Assembly: GCA_040767085.1 (NCBI GenBank)
Contig: JAXGPF010000004.1
Span: 96,001-160,000, forward strand
Source of the DNA: Kiritimatiellia bacterium
Lineage (GTDB): Bacteria; Verrucomicrobiota; Kiritimatiellia; JAAZAB01
Reading direction: 5' to 3'
Length of the DNA: 64,000 bases
Under the pieces are notes generated by a model. The model saw nothing but the letters and a program-made list of their open reading frames with translations. It made no database searches and was not told the DNA's origin. Position numbers and translations under genes: made by a program. This document shows, piece after piece, positions 18,954-28,784 of this stretch (position 1 is the stretch's first letter; each line of letters begins with the position of its first letter).

Positions 18954-20621
18954 TTATTCCGAGTATTCCGCCCGGACTTCATCCATGATCCGGGGCACAT
19001 CCGGATATAGCACGTTGAAACCGCCGTCCGGCTGGCCATGCACTACGAACGAACTTTCGTAGACGATGAATCCGGCATGGCCCAGTTGGCGGCTCTGGCG
19101 CAGGTAATTCCGGAACATGCGCTGCCAGCGCGGGCGGTAAGTGATGGAGGCCATGTATTTCCGGAAATGCCGCGGCAGACTGCGCGGAGTGGCGGCGGCG
19201 CGCGTCAGGCGGTCAAAACGCGCCGGGGTATCGGTCATCAGGGTGATTTCATCCGCCAGCCCTTCCCGCACCCATTGCTGCCAGTCAAACACGATCGGGA
19301 AAAATCCGCCGCGGACCTCGTCCCGCCCGACATGGACATGCATGCGCTTGCCGCGCCGATGGATCAAGGCCGCCGCGTCGCGGACGAAAAGCGTATAAAA
19401 ATCGCCCAGCACCATCCAGCGTCGCCGGTGCGCGCCCGGCGCCCCGGGATCAAACCCCCGCCGGCGGCACTCATCCAGCACGGGCGGTTCAAAGCCGTAA
19501 TTTTCCCATTCCATGCTGCGATTATGATTACCCACGCGCAAGTCCACGCCGTCCACCCCGGCCGCCAGGCATTCGCGCACATGCTGCAAAAACATCCGTC
19601 GCACCGCCGGATACGCTGGCGACAGCGCGCCGATAACGTCAGCTTCCTTGCCCTTGGCCAGCGCCAGGCCGCCCTGGTCATTGTCCAGGGCGAAGCGGGT
19701 TGCGCGCAGGAAACGTGTGCCGCCCTTGGGGTGCCAGCCGAAAAAATAGCCTTGCGGGATCAAATCATCCCGCAAGCGCCGGCCGGCGGCACTCAGGCGC
19801 CGCTGCAATCCCGCATACCGGGCCGCGCGGGAAAACAAGCCGTAGGTGAATGGCAATGCCCCGCCCTGCTCGTCGCGCAATTCCACCAGTTCGCTCAAGC
19901 GATGGCTGAATTTTTCCCGGGCGGCGCCCCGCACCCGCAACGCCAGAAACGGTTCACGGATGCTCAGGCCTGTCAGATAAACAACGCGCCCCTGCTGGTC
20001 TGCCGACTCGCGCACGGTTACCGGCCCGCGATAACGCCGGTAACGGCAATTGTCCGAGCTGACCAGGATTTCGAGCCGGCCGCGCCACCGACCCGGTGCG
20101 TCCGGTCGGTCGGACCGCACAACGATCTCGCCGATGCGACGCCGGTCCAGGTCCGCGGGAATATCATCCTGCCGGCGCCGGATACGCAAATGCCGGTTGC
20201 GCACGAGGCACTCGGCCGCCCAATGCACGCGCCCGCTGAGCGCATCCAGGCGGCCGGCACGGCGGGCGGCCGGTGTGCCGAATGGGTGGGTTTGGTCAAA
20301 TGCCAGGTCAAAGGGCTTGTAAACCGCGTAAATTTCCATGCCCAGGGCATGCGCCAGACGCACTGCCACCGGCAGGAATTCGCCCCGGAACGCACGCCGG
20401 GTGGTGTCGTAATTCCGGATCAACTCGGCCGAAAGCGGCCCTTCCCAAAGCCGCTCGCGATGCCGCCATGTGTAAATCCAGTAAATGCGGTTAATGCCCC
20501 AGGACTGGTAAAGTTCAAACAGGCGCTGCAGGCTGTCGGGGGTAAAAGAAGTGTTGATCAGGTCGTCCGGAAAATCAAAACAGATCGAATACCGGTAAGC
20601 CGTTGAACTGGAATGCGGCAT
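18954..20621 (-). CDS. Hypothetical protein, possibly glycoside-hydrolase-like TIM barrel
   Basis: Long ORF with GGAGG RBS; GVDGVDLR segment. Confidence 0.6.
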   Translation of the reverse strand: MPHSSSTAYRYSICFDFPDDLINTSFTPDSLQRLFELYQSWGINRIYWIYTWRHRERLWEGPLSAELIRNYDTTRRAFRGEFLPVAVRLAHALGMEIYAVYKPFDLAFDQTHPFGTPAARRAGRLDALSGRVHWAAECLVRNRHLRIRRRQDDIPADLDRRRIGEIVVRSDRPDAPGRWRGRLEILVSSDNCRYRRYRGPVTVRESADQQGRVVYLTGLSIREPFLALRVRGAAREKFSHRLSELVELRDEQGGALPFTYGLFSRAARYAGLQRRLSAAGRRLRDDLIPQGYFFGWHPKGGTRFLRATRFALDNDQGGLALAKGKEADVIGALSPAYPAVRRMFLQHVRECLAAGVDGVDLRVGNHNRSMEWENYGFEPPVLDECRRRGFDPGAPGAHRRRWMVLGDFYTLFVRDAAALIHRRGKRMHVHVGRDEVRGGFFPIVFDWQQWVREGLADEITLMTDTPARFDRLTRAAATPRSLPRHFRKYMASITYRPRWQRMFRNYLRQSRQLGHAGFIVYESSFVVHGQPDGGFNVLYPDVPRIMDEVRAEYSE

Positions 20622-20803
20622 GACCACCTCCTGTTGCCTGCGGCGGCTACGACCCTTGACGGACATGCGTCAAATTCCGGGATCAACGCACAGGCTTGGG
20701 CCAATTTCAAAAGCCCCCCGGCGGGTTTACCCCGCCGGAGATCAAGATTATGCAAAACGCCACATGTTGTTCCAGATGCGTTGACCCCGGCCGGGCAGCG
20801 CCA

Positions 20804-23764
20804 TCACGGCCGCGGCATGGCGTGCTCGTCGGCCGGGGCGATCACCACGACTTCATGGGCGTAATCGCGTTTGCGCTTGCCGCGCTTCTCGCTGTCCCAC
20901 CAGTCGCGGGTGACTTTGTCCAGGTACTCGGCATCCGACTCGCCGTGCTTGCCGGTGAAGTCGGACAGGTCAAACTCCTCCGGCAGCGGCAGGTAACGCC
21001 GATGATCCTCCGGCAGACTGACTTGAAACCCGTTTTTCAAATCCTCGGGCGTCCAGAACCCGGAAGCGCCCCATAAATCGCCCGGGCGTGAAATTTCCAT
21101 CTGCTTGCCCAGCATCAGCAGACGGAAAGCCTTTTTCTGGATTCCCATCGCCGCGACGTCAACCTTGACGTTGGCGACGGCCGGTGTCCGGTCGGGAAAC
21201 AGGGCCACCGCGATCCAGTTGCCCTTTTTCAGGGCAGAGCGCACGGCGACCGGCGTGGCGCCGCTGTCCGCCACCACCGGCGGGCGGGCATGCTCGCGCA
21301 GGCAGGCGTTCAGCGCCGCCGCCAGCGCGGGATTGCCGTTTTGCGACAACTCGGCGCCGGCGTCAAAATGCAGGGCAATCACCCGGCCCTGGCCGATAAT
21401 TTTTTCGGTGACCGCCGGCGCGCCGTCGGCGAAGGCAGCCAGGACCGCCGCGCCGTCCGCGACGGTTGTCAGCCGCCGGGGCGTTTCCCTGGCGATGGCA
21501 ATGGTCTGGCCCTTCCAGGTGAACGCAGCGGCAACGGGCGGCGCTAATGCGCCGTAAGCCACCCCGGCCATTTCCACGGTGCGGTCGAGTTCATTGGCCA
21601 TATCCGCGCGGGCGGAGCTCCAGTCAGCGTCAATGGAAACCACGGCGCCCCCGTTTTCCACGAACTGGCGCAAACCGTCCAGCGCCTCTCCCGGCAGGCC
21701 GCGGGCGGCGAAGGGCGTGGCCACCAGCACGCGGTAATTTTCAAACAACTCCGTCGCCTGGCTGTAAATCCGCCGGACATCCTGGTTGCGCTGGACGGCG
21801 TTGAACAGGGCGCCCAGCCGGTTCCACGGCGGCACCGGATCCGGCGCCAGCATTTCCAGCGCCTGGTGATTCTCCAGGAAAGCAACGCGCGCCAGCGGCT
21901 CGGCATCAGCGAACATGCGGATGGTGTAAATGTGGCGGGCGAATTGCTGGGCGTAATGCGGATCGTTGCCGAACATGATCAGCCGCCAGAGATGGTTGAA
22001 GGTGAACATCAGCCCGCCCGGTCCGCCCAGCATGTTCATGGTGGTATAATGCCCCCAGGGGGCGTAAATATGGGTCCATTGCAGGCTGTTGGGATACCCC
22101 CGGCTGGCGCCGAGAATGAAATCCGCCCCCAGGCGCGACAGCGCGATGTTGTCCATGCCAAATGACCATTTGCCGGGGATGTAGACCGTGGTGACGCCCA
22201 TCCGCAGCCCGCGCTTGTGCGCATGCTCCACCAGGCCCCGGAAGTAATCGGTCATGACTTTCTGCTTGAAAAGGATGTAGCGCCGGCGCCAGGGGTCGGC
22301 CGGGTCTTTCCAGCGGGTGCGCAGCTCAAGCCGCGCGGCGAAATCCGCGGGGAGTTTTTCGCCGAAATTTTCCAGGCAGAATTTTTCAATGGCCGGCAGG
22401 TCGTCGCCGTGAAAATCGGCGTAGTTGAACCACAGTTCGTCCAGGGTTAGCAGGCCCTCGAAATTGCCCAGCGGTTTGAATTTATCCGCGTATTCGTCCA
22501 GCATCATCCGGCAGCGGTCAAGGCAGGCGGGATTCAGCAGGTCTTCCATGTAGTGGCTGCCGCCGTACAGGTAAAACTCGCCATTGGCGTTCCGCGCGCC
22601 GTACTTTTCGGCGAATTCCCTGGAGCGCGAACAGGAATGCCAGGCCGCCCAGACATTCATTCCTTCCGGTGTCGCCAGCCGGATGAGTTCCGCCAGCGGG
22701 TCAATGCCGATGTATTGTTCCTGGGAGTCGGGCACCGTGGTTTTGTGAGAAACCTTCTCGCCGTACATGTCGGTCCAGTAGATGATGTCCGTGATGCCCA
22801 GCCATTTCAACTGGAGGATGTCGTGTTTCAGACGGTTCAGGAAAAATTCCCGGCCATCCGCCCCATCAACCCTATGATTGCGCCGCCAGGACATGCCGTC
22901 GTAGGTAATGAAAAACCGGCCGCCGATCTCGGTCACCGGCGGCAGGGTGAGGTAGCTGCCGCGCAGCATTTCATTGCCGAACCAGTTGGTGCCCGGGAGA
23001 TTGCGGGCGAGTTCGTCAAGCTTGATGTCGGCTTCCGCCTTTGTGCGCCGCGCGGCCAGTTCGCCGGCCGGCAGGCTGGTCAGACGCGGGGCGCCCGCCG
23101 CCCAGTCAATGGCGTTCAGCACCCATTGCAACTCCGCTCCGGCCGGCTCCTTTTCAGCCTGCTTGTAATCGGTCGGGTCGTACCAGTAACCCGGCAGCGC
23201 CCCGTTAAACACCACCCGGCCCGCGCCGGCGGCGCCGGCCACGGCCACCGCCGCGCCTTCGCGGTCAATCAACGCCGCGATCCCGTCCGGCCCCGGTTCC
23301 AGGTAAAGGTGGTCGCTGAAGGCGTGTTCGAATTCCGCCGGCAGCCCGGCGGCCAGCGGATGGGCCGGATCCTGCACCCGCAGGATGCTGTCATCGCGGC
23401 GGTCAAGGACTTTAAGGGCGACATTGGGGAAGAGGGTTTCCGGCCGGTAGCGGCCGCAGGCGGCATGGTTCAGGATCACGCCGCCGCCGCAGGCTACAAA
23501 GATTTTGATATTCTTGATTTGTTCCGGCTGTTCCAGGCTGGTGCTGCCGACATATAGCACGTCGGCTTGCATCAAATCCTCGACGGTGATGGCCTTGAGC
23601 AGGACGGGTTGCGTTCGGGCGTCTTTTTTCAGGGCATCCAGCACCGCCCGGGCGCCGAAGCCGGTTTTAAACACCGCCACCTTGACCGGTTCGGCCAATC
23701 CGGCCGCGGCCGCCGCGGCCAATCCCAGCGCCAGCAATCCGGACTTCAAAAATAAACAGCGCAT
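20804..23764 (-). CDS. Large secreted protein, putative glycoside hydrolase with GATase-like domains
   Basis: Signal peptide, GGAG RBS, FVACGGGVI and FVENGGAVV motifs; about 986 aa. Confidence 0.65.
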   Translation of the reverse strand: MRCLFLKSGLLALGLAAAAAAGLAEPVKVAVFKTGFGARAVLDALKKDARTQPVLLKAITVEDLMQADVLYVGSTSLEQPEQIKNIKIFVACGGGVILNHAACGRYRPETLFPNVALKVLDRRDDSILRVQDPAHPLAAGLPAEFEHAFSDHLYLEPGPDGIAALIDREGAAVAVAGAAGAGRVVFNGALPGYWYDPTDYKQAEKEPAGAELQWVLNAIDWAAGAPRLTSLPAGELAARRTKAEADIKLDELARNLPGTNWFGNEMLRGSYLTLPPVTEIGGRFFITYDGMSWRRNHRVDGADGREFFLNRLKHDILQLKWLGITDIIYWTDMYGEKVSHKTTVPDSQEQYIGIDPLAELIRLATPEGMNVWAAWHSCSRSREFAEKYGARNANGEFYLYGGSHYMEDLLNPACLDRCRMMLDEYADKFKPLGNFEGLLTLDELWFNYADFHGDDLPAIEKFCLENFGEKLPADFAARLELRTRWKDPADPWRRRYILFKQKVMTDYFRGLVEHAHKRGLRMGVTTVYIPGKWSFGMDNIALSRLGADFILGASRGYPNSLQWTHIYAPWGHYTTMNMLGGPGGLMFTFNHLWRLIMFGNDPHYAQQFARHIYTIRMFADAEPLARVAFLENHQALEMLAPDPVPPWNRLGALFNAVQRNQDVRRIYSQATELFENYRVLVATPFAARGLPGEALDGLRQFVENGGAVVSIDADWSSARADMANELDRTVEMAGVAYGALAPPVAAAFTWKGQTIAIARETPRRLTTVADGAAVLAAFADGAPAVTEKIIGQGRVIALHFDAGAELSQNGNPALAAALNACLREHARPPVVADSGATPVAVRSALKKGNWIAVALFPDRTPAVANVKVDVAAMGIQKKAFRLLMLGKQMEISRPGDLWGASGFWTPEDLKNGFQVSLPEDHRRYLPLPEEFDLSDFTGKHGESDAEYLDKVTRDWWDSEKRGKRKRDYAHEVVVIAPADEHAMPRP

Positions 23765-23946
23765 ACGCAGCTCCTCCTGTTTGACTTGACAAAAAGAATC
23801 CAGTTCGACCATGCTCCACAGTCAAACATGCTTTTCAAATTAGGCTGCCGCCCGTTGTTTGTCAATGAATTACCGCGGCATGAAATTACCATTTCCGCCT
23901 GCATCAGGAAGTCTGAAGTTTGACTTATATCGGTCAAACATTGTAT

Positions 23947-25626
23947 CCAGAAAGTGTGATAGCGCGCAAATAAAATTTCAGAAAAGTCTTGACAAATAGT
24001 TGGTGGTCAATATATTACACTTGCGGGAAGCGTAGTTTTCTTGGTCATCAATTTGGTGAAAGGCTTTTGCCGTGAAATTCGTTATTCAAGCAAGCCGCGA
24101 GATGTTGGAAAGCAATGCCGGGTTAGTGTTGGCGGGAAAGATTTTAGCCGGACTGGATTTGGATCGGCGGGCGAACGGAATAGCGATTGAGAAAATGCTG
24201 GAGCCACGGATCAAGAATGCGGATGTGATACGCGCATATTTTGGGTTGCTGGTGTTGGGGCGTACGGCATTTGAAGACATTGAATTGTTTCGCGAGAGCG
24301 GATTTTTTCGGCGGGCGCTTGGGATTAAACGTGTGCCGTCGGCGGAGACATTGCGGCAGCGTTTGGATGGTTCGAACGGGCGATTTGACGAGATGATCAA
24401 AGAAGCGAATGCAGAGATGTTGAAAACGGCGAAAATGAGCAGTGTGCGGACGGAATTGGGCGAATATATGCCGGTAGATGTGGATGTGTCGCCGTTTGAA
24501 AATGCCAAATCCCATAAAGAAGGGACCGGTCGGACATACAAGGGTACCGATGGGTATGCGCCGAACTTTGCGTATGTGGGCGCGGAAGGATATATGTTGA
24601 ATTGCGAGTTGCGGCCCGGGACGCAGCATTGTCAGAAGGGGACGCCAGAGTTTTTGCAAGAAACATTCAGGTTGTTGCACCGCCTGGATGTCAAAGAGAG
24701 CGTGTTGGTGCGAATGGATTCCGGCAATGATGCGGCGCAAAACGTGAGGATGTGTCGCACGGAAGGCAAGCATTATTTGATCAAACGCAATCTTCGCCGG
24801 GAAAAATTAGAAGACTGGCTTGGGATAGCGCGGATTTACGGCGTGGCGCATGAGCCGCGCGCCGGCAAGACCGTGTATATTGGATCATGCATCCGGTTTA
24901 TGGATGATGGGCGCGGGAAATTGGAGCCATGGCGCATAGTATTTGAAGTGACGGTGCGGACGATTACCGCCAAAGGCGAGCAGCTTTTAATTCCGGAATT
25001 GAAAGCGGATACATACTGGACGGATTTAGGTGAGCATCCAGAAACCGTGATTGATTTGTATCATGCGCACGGCACCAGCGAGCAATTTCACAGCGAACTG
25101 AAGAGCGATATGGATGTTGAACGATTGCCGTCGGGCAAATTCAAGACAAACGCCACGGTATTGCAGGCGGCCATGATGGCCTTCAACGCTTTGCGGCGCA
25201 TTGGGCAAGGATTATTGATGTTGAAGGAACGTTTGGGATTAACGCTGGACGTAGAACGTCTGCGGTTGCGGAGCGTGTTGCGCGATATTATGTATCTGGC
25301 GTGCAAATATGTTGAACGCAGTCGCGGTTATTTTTTGAAAATCAGCCATAGCAGCCGCTGGTTGTTTGCGGTGCAGTGTTTATACGCGCGGTTATAATGG
25401 CTGATGTGGACTGGTCAGTAGTTGGGTCACAGCCGGAGTGTGTCCCAAAAAGGCAAAATAATCAGTTGACTTACTCGAAGGATGTGGTAATTTGGCAAAA
25501 ACGTGAGAAAAATGTGTTGGTGACGGAGAATTTAGAAATGGGCCATTGAAAATCCGGCGATGGCTGATTGCAAAACACAATTCCGGAAAAATTAGCGTGA
25601 CGGGCAAAGCCCGTCACGGATTCAGG
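23947..25626 (+). mobile_element. IS1380-family insertion sequence (1680 bp)
   Basis: Imperfect IRs CCAGAAAGTGTGA / TCACGGATTCAGG; flanked by TTGTAT at 23941-23946 and 25627-25632. Confidence 0.85.
24072..25397 (+). CDS. IS1380-family DDE transposase
   Basis: PSAETLRQR, VDVD, LVRMDSG and YHAHGTSEQFHSELKSD...RLPSGKF motifs. Confidence 0.92.
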   Translation: MKFVIQASREMLESNAGLVLAGKILAGLDLDRRANGIAIEKMLEPRIKNADVIRAYFGLLVLGRTAFEDIELFRESGFFRRALGIKRVPSAETLRQRLDGSNGRFDEMIKEANAEMLKTAKMSSVRTELGEYMPVDVDVSPFENAKSHKEGTGRTYKGTDGYAPNFAYVGAEGYMLNCELRPGTQHCQKGTPEFLQETFRLLHRLDVKESVLVRMDSGNDAAQNVRMCRTEGKHYLIKRNLRREKLEDWLGIARIYGVAHEPRAGKTVYIGSCIRFMDDGRGKLEPWRIVFEVTVRTITAKGEQLLIPELKADTYWTDLGEHPETVIDLYHAHGTSEQFHSELKSDMDVERLPSGKFKTNATVLQAAMMAFNALRRIGQGLLMLKERLGLTLDVERLRLRSVLRDIMYLACKYVERSRGYFLKISHSSRWLFAVQCLYARL

Positions 25627-25671
25627 TTGTATAGTTGATTTTTCAGGCAACATCTCAACGAGGAGCATGCC

Positions 25672-26748
25672 ATGGATATGACCCAACCTAACCCGGCCAA
25701 TTATCGCATTCCATTTGTTTTAAACGACTTTAACGGCATGCCGTACCGCTACCTGGGCCGCTCCGGACTGCGCGCCTCCAATATGGGGCTGGGCGCGTGG
25801 AAATTCGGTTTCCCCGCCACCGGCGACGGCGCGCGCACCGATGCCCGCGACGCCTGGAAAATCCTCGATCGCGCCATTGAACTGGGAGTGGCGTTCTGGG
25901 ATACCGCCAATCGCTACAACGATGCCTCCGGCAATTCCGAACGCGTGATCGGCCAATGGTTCAAGCAAAACCCCGACCAGCGCCGCAACGTGGTGCTGGC
26001 TACCAAGGTAGTCGGCGGCATCGACGGTTGGACGCCCAACCATTGCGGCGCTTCCCGCGCCAACATCCTGGACGCCACGGCCGCCTGCCTGCAGCGTTTG
26101 CAGTTGGATTACATTGACATTTTATACCTGCACCGCTTCGACGGCGCCACCCCGGCCGAGGAAACTCTGTCGGCCATCGAAGACCTGGTCGCCCGGGGCT
26201 GGATCCGGTATTTCGCCGTCTCGAATTTCACCGTCGAGCAAATCAAACTCTTTCAGGATGCCGAAAGCCGGGCCAGTTGCCGCTGCCGCGCCGTGGCCGT
26301 CCAGAATAAATTCGATATTCTTGGCGGCGAATCTCCGCGCCACCCCGGAGTGCTGGAATTCGCGGCGTCGGGCGCGCTCAGCTTTATCGCCTATACCCCG
26401 CTGGGTGGCGGCTGGCTGACAGGCCGTTACCTGGACCTGGCCAAAGCCGGCCCGGGCGACCGCCTGTATGACGAAAAAAACCTGGACCGGGCCGCGGCGG
26501 CCGTCAACCAGGACAAAGTCCGGGCCTTGCATGAAATCGCCTGCGCCGGCGGCATCTCGGCGGCCCAACTGGCGTTGGCCTACATGCTGACCCTGCCCGG
26601 CATGGGCCCCTGCATCCCCGCCGTCTCTTCCGTCGCGCAACTGGAAGCCAATGCCGCCGCCGGCAAACTGACACTGCCGCCGGAACAAATCCGGCAGGTA
26701 CGAGAAATCTGCGGCCAAGCCGGCATGCCGGCCGGCGGGGAAAGCTGA
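25672..26748 (+). CDS. Aldo/keto reductase
   Basis: LGRSGL, FWDTANRY, LATKV, LQLDYIDILYLH and YTPLGGG motifs. Confidence 0.92.
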   Translation: MDMTQPNPANYRIPFVLNDFNGMPYRYLGRSGLRASNMGLGAWKFGFPATGDGARTDARDAWKILDRAIELGVAFWDTANRYNDASGNSERVIGQWFKQNPDQRRNVVLATKVVGGIDGWTPNHCGASRANILDATAACLQRLQLDYIDILYLHRFDGATPAEETLSAIEDLVARGWIRYFAVSNFTVEQIKLFQDAESRASCRCRAVAVQNKFDILGGESPRHPGVLEFAASGALSFIAYTPLGGGWLTGRYLDLAKAGPGDRLYDEKNLDRAAAAVNQDKVRALHEIACAGGISAAQLALAYMLTLPGMGPCIPAVSSVAQLEANAAAGKLTLPPEQIRQVREICGQAGMPAGGES

Positions 26749-26894
26749 CCGTTTAATAAAAACCGTAAAAACACAAAATATTTACACGAAACCCGCTCCC
26801 GCTGACGTTATCTTGATTATGCCGGTTAAAGACCAGGCTGGAACACACAAGCGTTGCTTGCAAAAGCTGACTTTCGAAAGCAACTCGATTGTGA

Positions 26895-28784
26895 ATGAAA
26901 TTGCTGCGTATGTCATTATTTTTTAAAAGATTTTTCAAGGCCGCCAGCGCACTGACCGCTGGAGCGCTGCTCCTCCCGCTGTCCGGTTGCCGCTCGCCCG
27001 CCGACTATCGTCAGCAGGCTGACCGGACGGCCTACGGGATCGTCGAGCGGGCGCAACAGAAAGTCTTGGATAAATCCGAGCCTTTCGCCATCGAGCCGCC
27101 GGCCGATACCCTGCGGCGCAAGCTGCTGCTGGACCAGGATTTGCCCCATGCCGGCCCCGCCGCGCTGGGCTCGGAGCATTTGCCGGCCATCCCTCACTGG
27201 CCGGATACCGGCGCGCCGCCGACGCCGGCACTGGATCCGGCCGCCGCGTTGCCGGAGATCACCCGCCTGACTTTGACCGACACACTGCAGATCGCCGCGC
27301 GCAACAACCGGGACTATCAATCCCGCAAGGAAGACGTTTTCCGGGCGGCCCTGGCGCTGGACCTGGAAGCCAACCAGTTCCGCAGCCTGCTGGCCGGGGA
27401 TGCCGGCTCCGAATTCGAAGCCAATTACCGGGGCGAGGATAATATCCGCGGGGTGGCCAATCAAGGCAGCCTTTCCTGGCAGCGGCGGCTGAAATACGGC
27501 ACACTTCTGACCACGCATTTCGCGGTGGACCTGGTCAAACTGCTGACGCTGGAACGCTCGTCCTCGCTGGGCCTGATGGCGGACGCCACCATCACCATTC
27601 CGCTGCTGCGCGGCGCCGGTCGCCATATTGTCGGCGAACCCCTGACCCAGGCCGAGCAGGACCTGGTTTACGCCCTCTTCAACTTCGAACGTTACAAGCA
27701 GAACCTGAGCGCGCGCGTGGCCACGGAATACATGTCGGTCATCCAACAACTGGACCAGGTGGACAATGCCGAAGATAATTACCGCCGCCTGGCCTCCTCC
27801 ACCGAGCGGGCGCAACGCCTGGCCGACGCCGGCCGCCTGCCCCAGATCCAGGTGGACCAGTCGGTCCAGGACGAACTCCGCTCGAGCGACCGGCTGACCT
27901 CCGCCCGCCAATCTTATGCGGGACGGCTTGATCAGTTTAAGATCACCCTCGGCCTGCCGGTGGATGCGGAGATTGAACTGGACCGCGATGAATTGCCGCA
28001 ACTGGCCCGGACGGCCGGGCTGGCCGCCGGCGAGCAGGACAAGGATAAGGACGACGGAAACGGCGCGGCAGACAGGGATGCCGCGACCGCCCGCGGCCCG
28101 CTGGAAATGGATTCCAGGCAAGCCATCAAAATCGCCCTGGAGCACCGACTGGACTTGCGCGCGGCGCTGGGGCGGGTGTACGACGCCCAGCGGCACGCCG
28201 TGGTCGCCGCCGATGCCCTGCGCATGGGGCTGACGGTCAAGGGCGGCGGCGCCATCGGCGAAAGCCGGAGCCTCTCGTCGGCCGACCTGCCGGACGCCCG
28301 GCTGCGATTCGACGAAGGCGTTTATTCCGCCGGGCTCAATCTGGACTTGCCGTTGGAACGCACGGCGGAGCGCAATGCCTGGCGCAACAGCCTGATCGCC
28401 CTGGAGCGGGCCGTGCGCGACACCCAGAACCTGGAAGACCAGATCAAGCTGGAGGTGCGCAATTCGCTGCGCGAAATGCTCCAGGCCCGCGAGAGCTACC
28501 GGATTCAAAAGCAATCATTGTCCGTGGCCGAGCGGCGGGTGGACAGCACGGAATTGTTTCTCGAAGCCGGCCGCGCCCAGGTACGCGACATCCTGGAAGC
28601 CCAGGAAGCGCTGGTGTCCGCCCGGAACTCGCTTACGGCAGCCATGGTCAATTACCGCGCCGCGGAAATCAAGCTGCAGCGCGACATAGGCGTCCTCGCC
28701 GTGGACACCGACGGCCGCTGGCAAGAATATATACCGGCTGACCACCAGCCGGTCACGGATTCAGGGGAGAAGAATGATGAATAA
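26895..28784 (+). CDS. TolC-family outer-membrane lipoprotein
   Basis: Lipobox LSGC, helical repeats; adjacent to adaptor and ABC genes. Confidence 0.85.
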   Translation: MKLLRMSLFFKRFFKAASALTAGALLLPLSGCRSPADYRQQADRTAYGIVERAQQKVLDKSEPFAIEPPADTLRRKLLLDQDLPHAGPAALGSEHLPAIPHWPDTGAPPTPALDPAAALPEITRLTLTDTLQIAARNNRDYQSRKEDVFRAALALDLEANQFRSLLAGDAGSEFEANYRGEDNIRGVANQGSLSWQRRLKYGTLLTTHFAVDLVKLLTLERSSSLGLMADATITIPLLRGAGRHIVGEPLTQAEQDLVYALFNFERYKQNLSARVATEYMSVIQQLDQVDNAEDNYRRLASSTERAQRLADAGRLPQIQVDQSVQDELRSSDRLTSARQSYAGRLDQFKITLGLPVDAEIELDRDELPQLARTAGLAAGEQDKDKDDGNGAADRDAATARGPLEMDSRQAIKIALEHRLDLRAALGRVYDAQRHAVVAADALRMGLTVKGGGAIGESRSLSSADLPDARLRFDEGVYSAGLNLDLPLERTAERNAWRNSLIALERAVRDTQNLEDQIKLEVRNSLREMLQARESYRIQKQSLSVAERRVDSTELFLEAGRAQVRDILEAQEALVSARNSLTAAMVNYRAAEIKLQRDIGVLAVDTDGRWQEYIPADHQPVTDSGEKNDE

